A stretch of DNA of 64,000 nucleotides, taken from Antedon mediterranea (Eukaryota; Animalia; Echinodermata). The notes under the pieces are model-generated. The model ran no database searches, was not told where the DNA came from, and was given only the letters and a program-made list of their open reading frames with translations. Below are positions 39,200 through 53,102 of the stretch, in pieces; position 1 is the first letter of the stretch, and every line of letters starts with the position of its first letter. The stretch is from NCBI RefSeq assembly GCF_964355755.1, contig NC_092674.1:14198001-14262000 (forward strand), in the 5' to 3' direction. The translations under genes were made by a program, and so were the position numbers.

Positions 39200-41739
39200 A
39201 ATGATGAATTCTTCGCCCTGATTTATCATTTATCATTACTAATGGTTCGGAATCTCTTTTCATTGAAATCGATGCACAACCCAAAAACATAATCCTTGGA
39301 GTAGTATATCGTTTGCCTGAATTATCCATTAACACATTTAATAAAGATATCTCTAATTTAATTGACACCATTAATAATGAGAAAAAAACAGCATATATTT
39401 CAGGAGACTTTAATATTAACTTGTTAAATTCCAAAACACATAAAGGTACTTCTGATTTTGTTAATACTTTATTTCAATCAAATTATTATCCTCTTATTAC
39501 TAGGCCAACTAGAATTACGCGTAATTCTGCAACTTTAATCGACAATATTTTTTGTAATAATCTATATGATAACATTTCTTCCGGAATTCTATATTCGGAC
39601 ATCTCGGATCACTTTCCTGTTTTCTTGTTAGTACATAAATCAGAACCTCTCCAACACCTGAAACCTAAATCAAAATATATATACATAAAAAAAGTCAATG
39701 ATATTTCAATTTCTGCCTTAAGTAATGATTTGTCAAATGTTGACTGGACTAGTATTTATAACTCCAATGAACCCAATGAGGCATACGCTTTATTCAACGA
39801 CATATTTAGTACATTATATAATAACAACATTAAAACCACTCGTTCCAGACGCAATATTCGGAAAGAAAAAAAACCTTGGATAACTAAATGCTTAATTAAA
39901 TCTATCGACAAAAAACACAAATTATATAAAACATTTCTTATATCTAAAAAGCAAAAGGACAAAGATAAATATGTTAAATATCGAAATGTACTTACCAAAA
40001 TCCTTCGTACTGCCCAAAAGAATTACTTCAGTGACAAATTTGAATTCCATAAAAATAACATCCAAAAAACCTGGCAAACAATAAATGGAGTCCTTGGCAA
40101 GAAATCTCGTAAACCGTTTCCTTCTCACTTTATTAACAATGACATTGAATTAAATAATCCTCAACAAATTGCAACTGAATTCAATAATTATTTTACTAGT
40201 ATAGGGCCAAATTTAGTTAACAAAATACATGTGTCGGATAATGATAATTATACTTCTACCCTACCTCGTCCATGTGTGCACTCTCTCTTTCTTAGTCCTG
40301 TAACCGAACATGAAGTTGTCAGTATAATACTTTCCCTCAAAGATAATAAATCTCCTGGGTTTGATGGGTTTTCCAATAAAATTATTAAACGTGTTTCTAA
40401 TTTTATATGCAAACCCTTAACTCACATTTTTAATACTTCTTTTCAAACCGGTATTTTTCCTGATTCTTTTAAAATAGCTAAAGTCATCCCTATCTACAAG
40501 AAAGAAGATCCTCATCATTTCAATAACTACAGACCAATCTCCCTACTTCCTTGTTTCTCAAAATTAATTGAAAAAATAATGCATAATCGAATTTCTTCTT
40601 TTTTAACTAAACATAACATTTTATTTAAAGGCCAATATGGTTTCAGGAAAAAGTATTCAACAGATCTTGCTTTATTAGATATTTTTGACAAAATTACAAT
40701 TGCCCTGAGTAAAAATGAGTTTTCTGTTGGCATTTTCCTTGATTTATCTAAGGCCTTCGATACTATTAACCACGATATTTTAATTCATAAACTTTCAAAT
40801 TACGGTATCAGAGGCCTTCCTTTAAAACTAATTAAAAGCTACCTTTCCAATCGTGTTCAGTTTACTTCCTTAAATCATTTTAACTCTTCCTATTCCCGTT
40901 TAACCTGTGGTGTTCCCCAAGGATCGATTCTTGGACCACTCTTATTCCTGATTTTTGTTAACGATATACCAAACAGCTCTAAATTACTAAATTTTATCTT
41001 ATTTGCTGACGACACAAATATTTTTTTCTCTCATCCTAAATTAAATACCTTGTTTAAAATTGTCAATGATGAGTTACTTAAAGTTTCAAATTGGCTCAAA
41101 CACAATAAATTAACTCTTAATACATTCAAAACGAACTATATAATATTTTCTAAACGTAAAATTTCAAATTCTTTAAATGAACAAATATACATTGATAATA
41201 AAATGATCAAACGAGTTAATGAAACCCAATTTTTAGGAGTAACCATAGATGCCTCTCTGACTTGGAAACTACATATAAATAAAATCAGTAATCTAGTTTC
41301 TAGAAATGTTGGAATATTGAACAAATTAAAACATATCTTCCCTCAAAAAACCTTATTAACCCGTGCACTTTGGATTTGCGCGGGAGAATCATTTAGAGCC
41401 CATACAAAATTACTTTTTAAAAGATTTAACGTTTTAAACATTTATGATTTAAATAAATTACAAGTTGCCTCATTTATGTACCGTTTATCTAACAATTTAC
41501 TGCCTTCACATTTTAATGCTTTATTTACAAGAATTGACGAACGCCATTCCTATAAAACCCGATCCTCTGTTAACAATTATATCCTTGATAATTTAAATGT
41601 TAAGGCTCGACGATTTTCTATGTATTATTTTGGTCCCAAACTTTGGACTTCACTCTCAAATGAACTTAAACAGAAATCTTCCTTTTCTAGTTTTAAATCT
41701 AATTTCAAACACAAAATGGTGTCAGAATATGCTACATAA
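39200..41739 (+). pseudogene. LINE ORF2 (partial APE + RT)
   Basis: GDFNIN, TLIDNIF, SDHFP, YRPISLL, LSKAFDT, GVPQGSILGP, LFADDT. The APE N-terminus is missing and there is an apparent in-frame deletion near 41355. Confidence 0.85.
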
Positions 41740-42329
41740 ATTTTCGCCGATCTTTTATCCTTATTTATTTGGTGGTGATACATGGCATTAAATCCTTCAC
41801 CCTGGTATTCAATAATCTCCGCTACATTGTATCGTTATACTTGTTATTATACCATATTTAATTATATTTCATATTGTACTCTAAATGTTATCATTATCCC
41901 TTTTATCATATATTATATAATTGCCTGGTTTATCTTAACTTCTATAATTTAAATTTTTTTTTATTTCTTTATTTTATGTACTTTCACTATTATATATTTA
42001 TATTTTAGTCTACTCTGTAGCAATGTTAGTATACTTAGGCATACGGGAGTCACGACTTAAAGTTCAGTGAACTTACTGTGACTTCCATCCACCCACATTT
42101 AATATATGTTATGTTATGTAAATGTAAATGATATATATATATATATATATATAAGTGAGTGGAAAAAATAAATAAACGAAACGAAACGAAACGTTATAGA
42201 TTTAAATAATGCTACATTGTTATAGGCCTATTCAATAAAAATTATCAACCATTGATGTTTTCTTTAAGATAATGTATTGTATACGTATACATTTGTCTTT
42301 CTTGTATAATAGACAAGTTCTATTTCCTC

Positions 42330-42627
42330 TGAAATATGATGTAAGAAGCATTTTTGGGTAGAAGCTGGGATCCACTTGATTTAGGATAATTCGACCTCGC
42401 TGATTACGAATATGGCGGATCCCAAGCAAAATTCGGCCATCTAAGCCCTTAATTTGCATAAATAAAAATGGCGGCCATTTTTTATAATTACCCTATATCT
42501 CGAGAACCACCATTCACAGATAATTAATTTTGGTGTCAAAATGTTTTAAATATATGTTTTTATATTCACTTTAATGACACATTTTCTCAAAAAATGGATG
42601 CAAGTCTTATTTCTGACATTTTGACCT
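42330..42627. mobile_element. Academ-like subterminal fragment at the left junction of duplication copy B
   Basis: Shares GATTACGAATATGG, AAAATGGCGGCCAT and TATATCTCG motifs with the other Academ ends. Confidence 0.4.
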
Positions 42628-44384
42628 TATAAGAACATTCAATTGAATATTTTATTTTATTTCGTAGGCTATTCTCTTGACCGCCCAGTCATATCAGCCT
42701 TTCCAGTTTGCTTCTGGTCTTTAGTGATTCATGACCTCAATTGACGTTTCCCTCCTATATTATTATACGTTTCATGTAACACATTATCAATTCCTTTAAC
42801 TTTTAAAATTATATTCCTATGATGGATGTGGACAGTGGACATAATCAATGATAAATGTCATTTCGCGTATTATCATATTCATTCTCGGTAACAGTGTGTT
42901 CAGTTCTGTGGTGGGTCAAATCGCATACAATAAACATTTAATTGGCGGATGGACAAACATTGTAGTTTTATTTTTCCCTGTCCATACCTATATTTTTTTT
43001 ATTTTATTTTATTCAGTTGACAACCAACTGCGATGAAACCGCCACTAACAGGTTGAATGTAAACATAATAAACTATAATAATACATTCAAATATGCAACA
43101 ATAACATAAACAAAAATCGGAACACTATAGAGATTTAACAATTTTACCCTTAAATACATTTAAAATATCATAAAATAAATCAATATCCAAACAAGTAAAA
43201 AGCACACTATTAAATGTGTTAGGTAACCGCTGAAAATACCTGTTTTTTGCATTCAACACGACCACAAGCCGCACGACTGAACGGTGCAATGATGTTAATT
43301 CTCAATCGAAAAACAACAATTTAACTTACTATCAATCAAAACTCCCAAATCCCTTTGAAAATTAATATAATCTTATTCCTGATCATTTAACTTATATTTG
43401 GTTAAAATAGGCTTTCGCTGATTATACTATGCACAAGAAAAACCCGTCGTGTTATTTTAACATTCTTACTACATCAAGACGTAACTGAGATTTCACAACA
43501 AAAGTCCTAAGTAGCATTTCTGTTACCAATCTCAACTTTGTTGCCTCCAAATAATAACACTAGGTATATTACCCGGGTCGTTATATGTTGGGTTTTGTAC
43601 ATATGTAGGGGACACCTCATGAAACGTCACCAAAAACATGCATAATGCAGTAGTCATATGCGTCTTGCCCGGGTCTCTGGTTTCCAGGGGCGTGGTCATG
43701 TTATCGAGAACCATTCATATACACTCACTGGAAGGTGAGAGAGCAAAGCAAACGAATCTAGTTATTATAAATACGCTAACATTTACCTCATGGAAAACAT
43801 TTAGCTCGTAGTATCATGAACGTGCGCATATAGCGCATCGTGGTGTTAAGCCGAATCACAAAAATATTAGTGAAACGCGTAATAACATTGCAGTAATTAT
43901 TATTAATTCATAAATTTAATGAAAATATAATCAAACAAAACAATTGTTCTTGAAGTTGCTTAAGGGTTATGTTAAAAGAAACACATCGACTACGATTTAT
44001 TTTTAAACAATGTTAATATATGTTTTGGTATCGGAATATGTCATATTTTCGATGAATTAAATACACTTATTTTAATAGCTACAAGATATATATTCAACTG
44101 TAACATTAAAGAAGACCCACTGTATTTTAATAAATTTAAAGTCACTGTTAAAAGAAATATTGAAATAGAAACAAATGTTGATTTGAAAATGATAATATGC
44201 ATATAACCTAAAATTAAAAAAATAGGAGTATAGTCTACCTTTTAACTACCATGATATGTATAAATGTTTGTTTGATTGTGTTTTGTTTTGTATGTTGTTT
44301 TTGAGAACCATTTTTTGTTGTCTTGTTGCTACAGATGGTGGCGCATTGTTGTTTTTTTTTTGTAATTGAAATAATTTAAAAAAA

Positions 44385-44671
44385 TATTACAAAGTGCGAC
44401 AGCAGTTATTACAAAGTGCGACAGCAGTTATTACAAAGTGCGATAGCAGTTATTACAAAGTTCGACATCAGTTATTACAAAGTGCGACAGCAGTTATTAC
44501 AAAGTGCGACAGCAGTTATTACGAAGTGCGACAGCAGTTATTACAAAGTATGAGAGCTCGATTACTACAAAATGCAAAGGTTATCACAAAGTGTGACAGT
44601 TTTGTCACCATGTGCGCACGACAGGTATTACAAAGTATTATGTGACGATTATTACAAAGTGCGACAGTACA
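44385..44671 (+). repeat. 22-bp minisatellite, about 10 contiguous units
   Basis: Same unit as 10699-10876. Confidence 0.8.
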
Positions 44672-44945
44672 AAGGGGGTTTACAGATAGTTATTATATAT
44701 GCGATGTTTTTTTTTCAAGACAGTTTATCAGGAATCGACCCTATTGTTGTTATTTCTTGAGTTAAGTTTCGGGATCATTAATTTGAAAAATAAAGGTCTT
44801 GGTGAGCTCTTGCTTGGAGGTTTCCAAGTCCCGGGGTTTAAATTACCGCGACTTTTAAACTATCATTGGTTGATCTAACTGCCCAATGTCAAGATTAACC
44901 TTGACAAGGTAGCGGTGTTCCGAGCCATGTGAGGGGTACAACCGT

Positions 44946-46950
44946 TGGGGCGTTCATTTGTGAGAGGCGTTTTTTGATTAAATTTCATATTTGTATATAT
45001 AGATATGAACAAACCTGTCTTTAGATATAAAGAATATTATGTTTATATTCAAACTAATAGAACATTATATGTAGAAATGACCGGAAATAACGTTACTAAC
45101 TGACCTTTGACCCAAAATGCAAGACATTTCTCCTATCTGATCACGTTTAGTAATATCTTGTCAATTAATTCATTTTGTGCCAATTGGAGGTTGACATTCT
45201 CATATTATTTTCTGGACCAGTTTTTCATGTGCAATCCGAATATATGAGATAAATAAGGAAGCCATAACAAGGCCAAGAATTTAATTCTTTTACTACATAC
45301 ATGCTTCCCTTTAGTGTTTCAGTCTGTATGTCGTGTATTAATCTTCAAGATCGCTCACATCACTGCAATCTGAAAAGTCTTCATATTCATTATGTGTAAA
45401 AAGTTCCTGGACATCTGCTGGCATCACTGTCTCAATCCATTTAGGCTCCATTTGTTCATTCCATCCATTGTGTGTACTGTTGTTGACAAAATCATTGACG
45501 TCTGCTGATTGCCATTCTTTAACAAAGTTTGCTCTAAGTATATGAAACTCAAGGGTCTGCTGACATGGTGGCAGTAATGATATATCTGTAATCCTGTTGT
45601 GCCTGGAAAACGTTCTTTTGAAGATATCATATCGTACTTGATTTATACTTTTCCCCTTCACTCCATACAATAGTTAAACATACTCTTCAAGTTCCTCATA
45701 CAACTCCTTTGATGGAACATCTGGCACTCCAAGGTTGCAGAATGTGTCAACACATTTTGCTTTTGATTCCAGAAACTTCCAGCAGGTACGTTTTCCTTTC
45801 CGAAAGAAAGCGGAGTTATAATCGTTACCTGTACAGGCATGGACTCCATTAAGGGATGATTTATGCGCTTTTGTTTGACACTAGTACACAGCGAATAAGC
45901 TCAATCAATCTGGTCTTGTTTTTGCCGTTGGCAAAGGAAATTGTTGAATTCACGGGGCAACTTTGATATTGTTGAGCTTACAATTACCTTTGGTGCAATC
46001 CCGCGTCTGTTTCTCTCAACAGACTTAATGCTTTTTGGCAAGTATGTATCGGCAACAATATCAACACGCTTGTATCCTTTAGGGATGCTGTTTAAAACCT
46101 TTGCTGAAGGATCCTGGTACGTATCAGGGTAAGATGTAAATGTTCCGATTAATGCCATCAAGTCAACAACATAGGCAGTAGCCTTTGCTGGCAGTTCTCG
46201 ACCAGGATCCATAACATCTGTTCAACTTTTTTCGATGAGAATTTCCATTAGGACACTTTTCTGAGTTGTTCGTCTTGTCCCATCTGCATTAGCCAGGCTT
46301 AGCGGGACAGGTGTAAGTGGATACTCAAAGGCTTTCTTAAAGTCAAATATTCTACCATGCTTTGTTGAGGTGGCAAGAAGCTTTCCTAAAACATCCCGAT
46401 TAGCTTCTATTACTTTTACTTTCCCATTTGCCTTAATTTCGAGTTTCTTCCCACTATTCGAAAATAAAGTGAGCTTGTTGCGCTTAATAGGGTAATGGAA
46501 TTTCACTTTAGTTGACTCAAGCCTTTCCTTTACAAAGCTTTCATGGATTGACTTGCCATTTTACAGGACTCTAAATATTTGAATATAAACATCTATATTC
46601 TGGAGAGTTTGACACCAATTACAACGTTCTGTGTCGAGTAGTTACGGAGATATGATATATGTTGGATATTGGGTCAAAGGGCAATATATGTATTTCCGGC
46701 CATTTTCGGACAAAATGTGCTATTACATCAAATAGGAACATGTACATTCCAAACAATTTGACACCGTAATTAACTCTCTATGACCAGTTGTTGCCAAGAT
46801 ATCATAGTCTACTGTAACTGGCGACCATTTTGAAAAAAAGCGCCTTCACGCGAAAGTACCGCCCGTTTACCCAATATATTTGGATTCCCCAGAAAAAACT
46901 GGTCTAGAAAAGTCATATGAGAATTTCTACCTCTCCGGGTGGCACCTACC
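44946..46950 (-). mobile_element. Academ transposon remnant with fragmented C-terminal coding region
   Basis: ORF pieces 45338-46506 with YPLTPVPLSLA..DG.RR..KS, VVDLMA, DIVADTY..SIKS.ER.RRG and LLPPC..L..H..RAN...W...GW motifs. The end shares CTGGTCTAGAAAAGT with the TIR at 31579. Confidence 0.75.
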
Positions 46951-48021
46951 TCATTCATAGTTTCTTAGTAAAGTGATCTCTAATCAATCAAATTGAAAGT
47001 ATACGTGAAGCATAATTAACAATACATTTGAGTTCCAACTTATCCTTACATGTGGTCCCGGTAAACCATGCAACAATGATAAAAGTGAGAATACTTTCAA
47101 TGACCGATTTATAAAAAAGACGTAGGCCTGATGGGAGGTTTAACTTCAAAATATTTAAGTCTATGCAAAAAGTAAAAACGTTGAGCCTTAAATGGGCCTT
47201 AATAGTAATAATACTTATTGTCGTGCCATTTAAGATCTCTAGTGATTTATTTACAATGTCAATTTCATATTGTAGGTGATTTACATTTTGTGTTATAAAA
47301 TGTCGAGTGTTTCACCTGCTTTGATAGAAACAATACTGTAATGAGTTTAAAATGTAAACATATTAGTATATTAGTAAACACATGATGTACTGCAAACCAA
47401 ACTAGTGTATTTGTGCACATAATAGTAGGTGACATTTGTAATCGAGACCGTTTTATTTAACACGAAAACATGTGAACTCATAAAAAACGTACATATAATG
47501 TAGTACATTTTGAATGTTGACATGACATGATAAACATTAAACATGTTCCTTCTAACATAGATTTTTCTCAGATTACTTGGATTTCGTTCTTAAATACGGT
47601 ATATTGTTTTATTTACTGTAATGCCATGTGTTCTCTACATGTCGATATAGTTAGGGTACGGACATTTATCTTAGTATTACAGGGTAACACCGTGGCTTAA
47701 AAATATATTTTTTATTATAAAATATAGACCTTTGCAAAAACACAACTTAGTTTATTAATGAAAAAGATCTTAATTGAAATATACATTTCAATTACCCGTA
47801 CGCGAGTGCAAATACAACATCTAATTCAATATGTATTTGCAAAAAGCTAAAATTATGTTTTCGAGAATTGTTGTTTTTTTAGAACACACTACTAAGTGGT
47901 TGGTGTAACTTCATATTTATGATATATTGAAACATTATATGTTAATTAGTCACCTTAATATGGACCTTTGCCATATACGATGATTTAAAATTCAGAGTTT
48001 TAGTATTATAGTATTACAGTT

Positions 48022-48586
48022 AAACCCCATGAGTTATCCATGAGTTTTTACAGACTGACTTATTTAATTCTAAAAATATTTTTATTTTGTATATAGAATA
48101 TAGAGCAATTGAGTATAACTTATTTTTATGTTGCATTCAGACCCAAAAACAAGTTCTTCAAAAGAACAGTTACTATTATCTAACTTTTTAAATATCTCAT
48201 TGATTTTTTTCCATAATAAGACATTGCTTTTACATTTGAAAAACATGTGCTTTTCATCCTCAGTTACATCACATAACTCACATTTTTTTGTGTTCTTAAT
48301 ATTCCATTTATATAATTGTACATTTGTTGGTAAAATTCTAAGAAGCAATTTGTAATTTAGTGGTGCATATTTTTGTTTTTCTCATTTTTTACTTTTCTTG
48401 ACCAAATATCAAACCAGTTTGTACTTTTAATATCAATTTCTTTTTCCCATTTGGGAATAGTAATAGGAGCAACAAACATACCTTCTATACAACTTGAATA
48501 TATCTGTTTTGTTTTCATCTGAAATATCTTATTTATTTTATAATCATCTGAATTTAATTTAACACTATCTCCATTATAATTTTTAC
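48022..48586 (-). mobile_element. Tx1/L1-type LINE 3' fragment (zf-RVT region)
   Basis: RILPTN..LYKWNI...CELCDVTEDEKHMFFKC...LW. Absent from paralogous copy A. Confidence 0.75.
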
Positions 48587-51500
48587 GGAAAATGTGTTTA
48601 CAACACATTAGATTGTTTGTATGGTAAATTACCTCCCTTAAGCGGCCACCCACAAAATTGGCTGCAGTCGCGTGCGCAAATTTTTCATATTTCTGTAAAG
48701 AACATTTCTGTGTGATTTTAGATGAGATGAGAAAACTACACAGATTTTGATTGACTGAAGAAATGATTTGCACATTTGTAGAATACCTTTTGCACATTTA
48801 ACGTCAAAACTGATCGTTTTTACATTTAACGGCGAGATGTTTGCACATTTACGGGTAATGAATGTTTACAGATTTGCACATTTGAAGGTAAAATGTTTGC
48901 ACAAATGTTGTTGTTTGCACATTTGAAGGTAAAATGTTAGCACAAATGTGGTTGTTTGCACAAAGTGACTTTTTGCACATTTAACGGCTCCACACGGGCA
49001 CTACACGAGAGAAGCCGCCCTTGATCAATGTTAGGACCAATCAAGGTACTTTAAACAGTCCTGGCTTAGTCATCACTCAGATAAATGTAAGAATAAAATG
49101 ACACTGCTGCCACTACAGACGTCGTATGCATAATCTATTAAGACTGATGCAGGTCAAAACAATTATAAAAAATGCTGTATAAATTTAGTTACACAAATAA
49201 AAATATGAAATCATGAGAAGAAACACTCGGGAATTTACCATCTTAGAATTATATTGATGGCTAATGCCTCTATGTTAATATTTGAAGTAATCTTCGGCTA
49301 TCGCTCAGACGCCTACATCGGATGTAGGCATAGGTGTTTACACATGTGTTGGAAAATCAAATATTCTTTAATAGATCGTATAGATAGATAGATCCTTGTT
49401 TTCTTTGTTTTACTAAATAATGAAAATAAGGATTTAGACGAGTCGTCTTTAGATTTGCAAGTAACAGAGAAGCATTTCTTTTGTCCGTTGTCAGATGGTT
49501 ATTGGATCTGTGTTGTTGATTTCCCTAATACTTATGTAATTAACCGCTTTAAGTCACCCTGCATAGTAGGTATTAACAATGTATTAGAACTCTAGTAACT
49601 GCCATTTTCCGATATCTATTTTCGACTCAATGTATTTCATTTTTTTTTATGAATATGAACAGTTTGTCTTAAATGAAAGTTAAATTGAATTTGAATTGCT
49701 TGTTTATTGTATTAACAATTGTCTGTAATTTTAGTATTAATTTGTTTAATATGTTCTTATGAGGGTTAATTTTACAGGAACAACTTGGTACTTTTTTTTA
49801 AATTCTTTTTTGGAAATTAGTGCAATTAAAGCGTAATTTTAATTAATTAATCAATTAATTTTGAATTAAAATTCAGCAATCGTCATATTCCATTTGGAAT
49901 ACTACGTCCTGTAAAAATACTAGAATTTACTCATGGTTTCCACATATCATGTTATCGCAACCCATCCTATTACTATTGAAACCGAATTGAAACATTTTCA
50001 AAAAGCTTTTTATGGTGGTCACAAAATACCAAGATACATTAAAGAAACGCTCAACGTTAGATCTATGTATAGTAATGAGAAATATACAAACAATGATGTT
50101 GTTGTGATGTCGTGGGTGAGTGTCAGGTGTGGCGGCGTTCATTCGTGGGAGGCATTTGTTGGTAACATTTTCTAAGAAAATAAATTCCCTTAGATATGAA
50201 CAAGTACAATACCGTGTTTGATATTATCAAGAAGTGGTAACAGTAAACAATTGTATGAAAATACCTGGTAAATAAATAGATATAGCAGTAAATGAGTTAT
50301 TCAACAAGTATAAGTATGTTTGTTTTATAATACAATATTGTGTGTATAAATTTACGTGGCGGGGTGTTTATTAGAGGGTGGAGGTTGGATATTCCAATGA
50401 TGTTTTATTGGGGAGGAGGCGTTCATTCAAAATAAATGCGGTATGCCTAATTGTTATAATCAATACATTATTTAGTTTAAAACCAAATAATGACAATTAT
50501 CAGTGGGCTGTTTCGGTATAAACAAAACATTTGAAACGGCTGGCAACATGTGCCAAAGCAATGGCGATACAGTAGGCATACATGCAGAGTACCAGAAGGT
50601 ACCAGTTCCAGAAACGAATGAAACACAAATTTAATTAGGTAGGTTATTAATACAAGTATGGATGCAAACATTACAACGGACAATGATTAATAGTTTCCCG
50701 AGAAATTATTAAATTAAACTAAAATGTGAACTCAATCATCACCGTGTTGAGTTCGGGATATCCGCGTTAACGCACACAGTGTAACAAACATCTTAAAATA
50801 CGCACATACTCTCTGACGTGAAAAAAAAATATATAGTACTGAATTAAATGTCTATTTTGTGTCATACAGAGTGCGAATAACCAATACATTTTAAAGTGTA
50901 TGTTTCAAACCAATGCATATTATTTGATTTTTTTTAGTTTTCCAGTTAAGCACAATTGTGACATCTATAATTGTCTATACAAATGTCTATAAATTCCATG
51001 TCCTTTATTGTCTGACTTCCAATGGGTTTTTGGTTGAATTTGACAATTTCTTTTTTCATTTTATAAGAGAAAACCTTAGTTTTGACGAAAGAGATTAACT
51101 TTATTAAAACTACAAAATAACCTATTTAAAGTGTCATTTAATTAATCTTCATTTTTCATGTTTTTGGAGGACATACGTCTTTAATATTAAGCATTTATTT
51201 GATTTTCTTATTACTTAATTAACCGCTTTACGTCATACTGCATGGTAGGTATTAACTGTCCTTTTTAAATATAAATTTTCGACTTACATAGTGCAATTTA
51301 CTTCATTTCTTGTGTTGTGTTAGGTAGCTAGAATTAAGGATAGTTTGTCTTGACTGAAAGTTTAATATATTTTGAATTGTATGTTTATCGTATTAACATT
51401 TTTCTGTAATTGTAGTATTGATTTATTAAATTGATTCGTATGAGGGTTTACGTTAACAATGATATAACTTCCTTATATTGTAATAGTATTGTCGTGGATG

Positions 51501-52280
51501 CGCTAAACTTCCAAATACCACAAACACACACAAGCCCATGATTAATAGCCTAAACATTTGTATACGTTTTCTTTGGTTTTTTATGTTTTGCTCCCCTTCA
51601 ATGTTTGCCGTTGGTGGCGACATACATTTTGCTTTATTCGTTGGCCATGCGTGAAGTCTTCAACATTATGATGCTGTACTCTAGCTGTTCGACCAGTGTT
51701 CAGCTATTAAAAACAGTTATCGTAAGAGGAGATAGGAAAATGCGAAGCATCCTCGTAGTATTGTGTGCAGGTATATAAACATAAACGCTCATACTATCAG
51801 TACTCCGTTTAATAAAACTGTCCCGCTTGTACATGGAACTTGAAAAAAAAATTATAGGTACTTACAATACAATTTCACTATAAATCGTTGATATCATGTG
51901 CATATAAACATCAGTGGATGTGTTTTACAATTGTTATCATTGTATCCCGAATATCTTGAACTAGAATTCACGCGAATATGGTTGAGTTTCATCAAAAAAC
52001 AAAATGGTGGCGATTAGCAGTTTTACTGAAAGATTTTCGATTTCAAAAGTACGTACCGAAGGACATAATACAGAAACAAATCAATAAATACGATGATTTT
52101 ATGTATTCACCTAAAATTAGCACCCTGGGAATTACTTCCGAAAGAGAAACCTGTCACAAAATGAGTCCACATTTTTGATTTGGACTCAAACAAACCCAAT
52201 TTGTGTTTTGTATGTACAATTAGGGTTGATGGATGGGGAAATAGATGAGTACAAAAGGAACAATTTTTAAATGTATTCTT

Positions 52281-53102
52281 TATCCACTCAGCAACGAAAT
52301 ATTGTTTTCATGTTGTATAGGCCTATAAACAATATATATTATTTTATTTTATTTTTATTTTTTTTAAATAAAATAAAATAATATACCACTAAATACAGTA
52401 GAACATTTGCGATTTAATAATTTATTAAAGCGGTCACAGTCATAGTCGAATAAAATAGTAAAGTACATGTAACGATACACCAGTACGACGTTTACATTGT
52501 TTGTAATTATTAATTAATACAAACGTTGAGAAGCAACTGTCAGTAATAACGTTTATTTGTATAATATGTGTTTATATATCTAACAGTACCCACACTCACA
52601 GTACAAACTTTAATTGTATATATTTTTTTTTAACACTATCCACACTCGCAGTAAGAAATTTGCGATTCACAATGGCGACCAAAAATGTTTTTAACCATTT
52701 TTGTATCCTCCAAGGGCCCATACATTTACCTACTTGTGTTAAACCAAATAATTATTGAGAGATAGGAATGTTCCATTCACCGCAAATCAATATATTATTT
52801 GTATAAATGTATAATTTAAAAAAAATTAAAAGCTGTTATCAGCTATTAATAATATAACAATTATCGTAGAAGGAGAAAGGTGTATGTGAAGCATCCTCTT
52901 ATTATTGTGTGCGGGTAATTCTCCAGATAGACATCCATTAGACAATTTAAACCACGATCGGAATTATTTAACTCAATTTAATTAGTAAACAGGGTTACAT
53001 CAGGTGTTTAAAATCAGTACCGAAAGTACGAACCAACTTTATATATCCTAGAAGTAACACGCGATTTGCCGAATTTTGCCTTTACGTTAATTTATATATA
53101 GA
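52281..53102 (-). mobile_element. Second copy of the Helitron-like repeat
   Basis: Homologous to 768-1512 with the same terminus. Confidence 0.45.

Larger units (their letters stand above)
37900..42193 (+). mobile_element. L2/Crack/Daphne-group non-LTR retrotransposon, end-to-end but with internal deletions
   Basis: ORF1 + ORF2, 3' stem-loop at about 42045-42086, AATAAA and (ACGAA)n tail. 5' boundary approximate; no clear TSD. Confidence 0.85.
42628..50570 (+). repeat. Segmental duplication copy B (paralogous to 4399-14630)
   Basis: Collinear with copy A. Lacks the CR1 block and solo LTR; carries Academ and Tx1 fragments instead. Confidence 0.9.

Noticed and set aside
5181-41739. Reverse transcriptases as part of a DGR- or retron-like system acting on the ankyrin exons
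   Set aside because: All are ordinary defective CR1, L2/Crack or Penelope RTs, and exon differences are not adenine-specific.
44385-44671. 22-bp direct repeats (also at 10699-10876) as a CRISPR array or repeat protein
   Set aside because: Units are adjacent with no unique spacers, there are no cas genes, the context is eukaryotic, and a 22-bp period shifts frame each unit.
48357-48797. 146-aa ORF as a gene
   Set aside because: Chance read-through from a TIR repeat into a Tx1 fragment.
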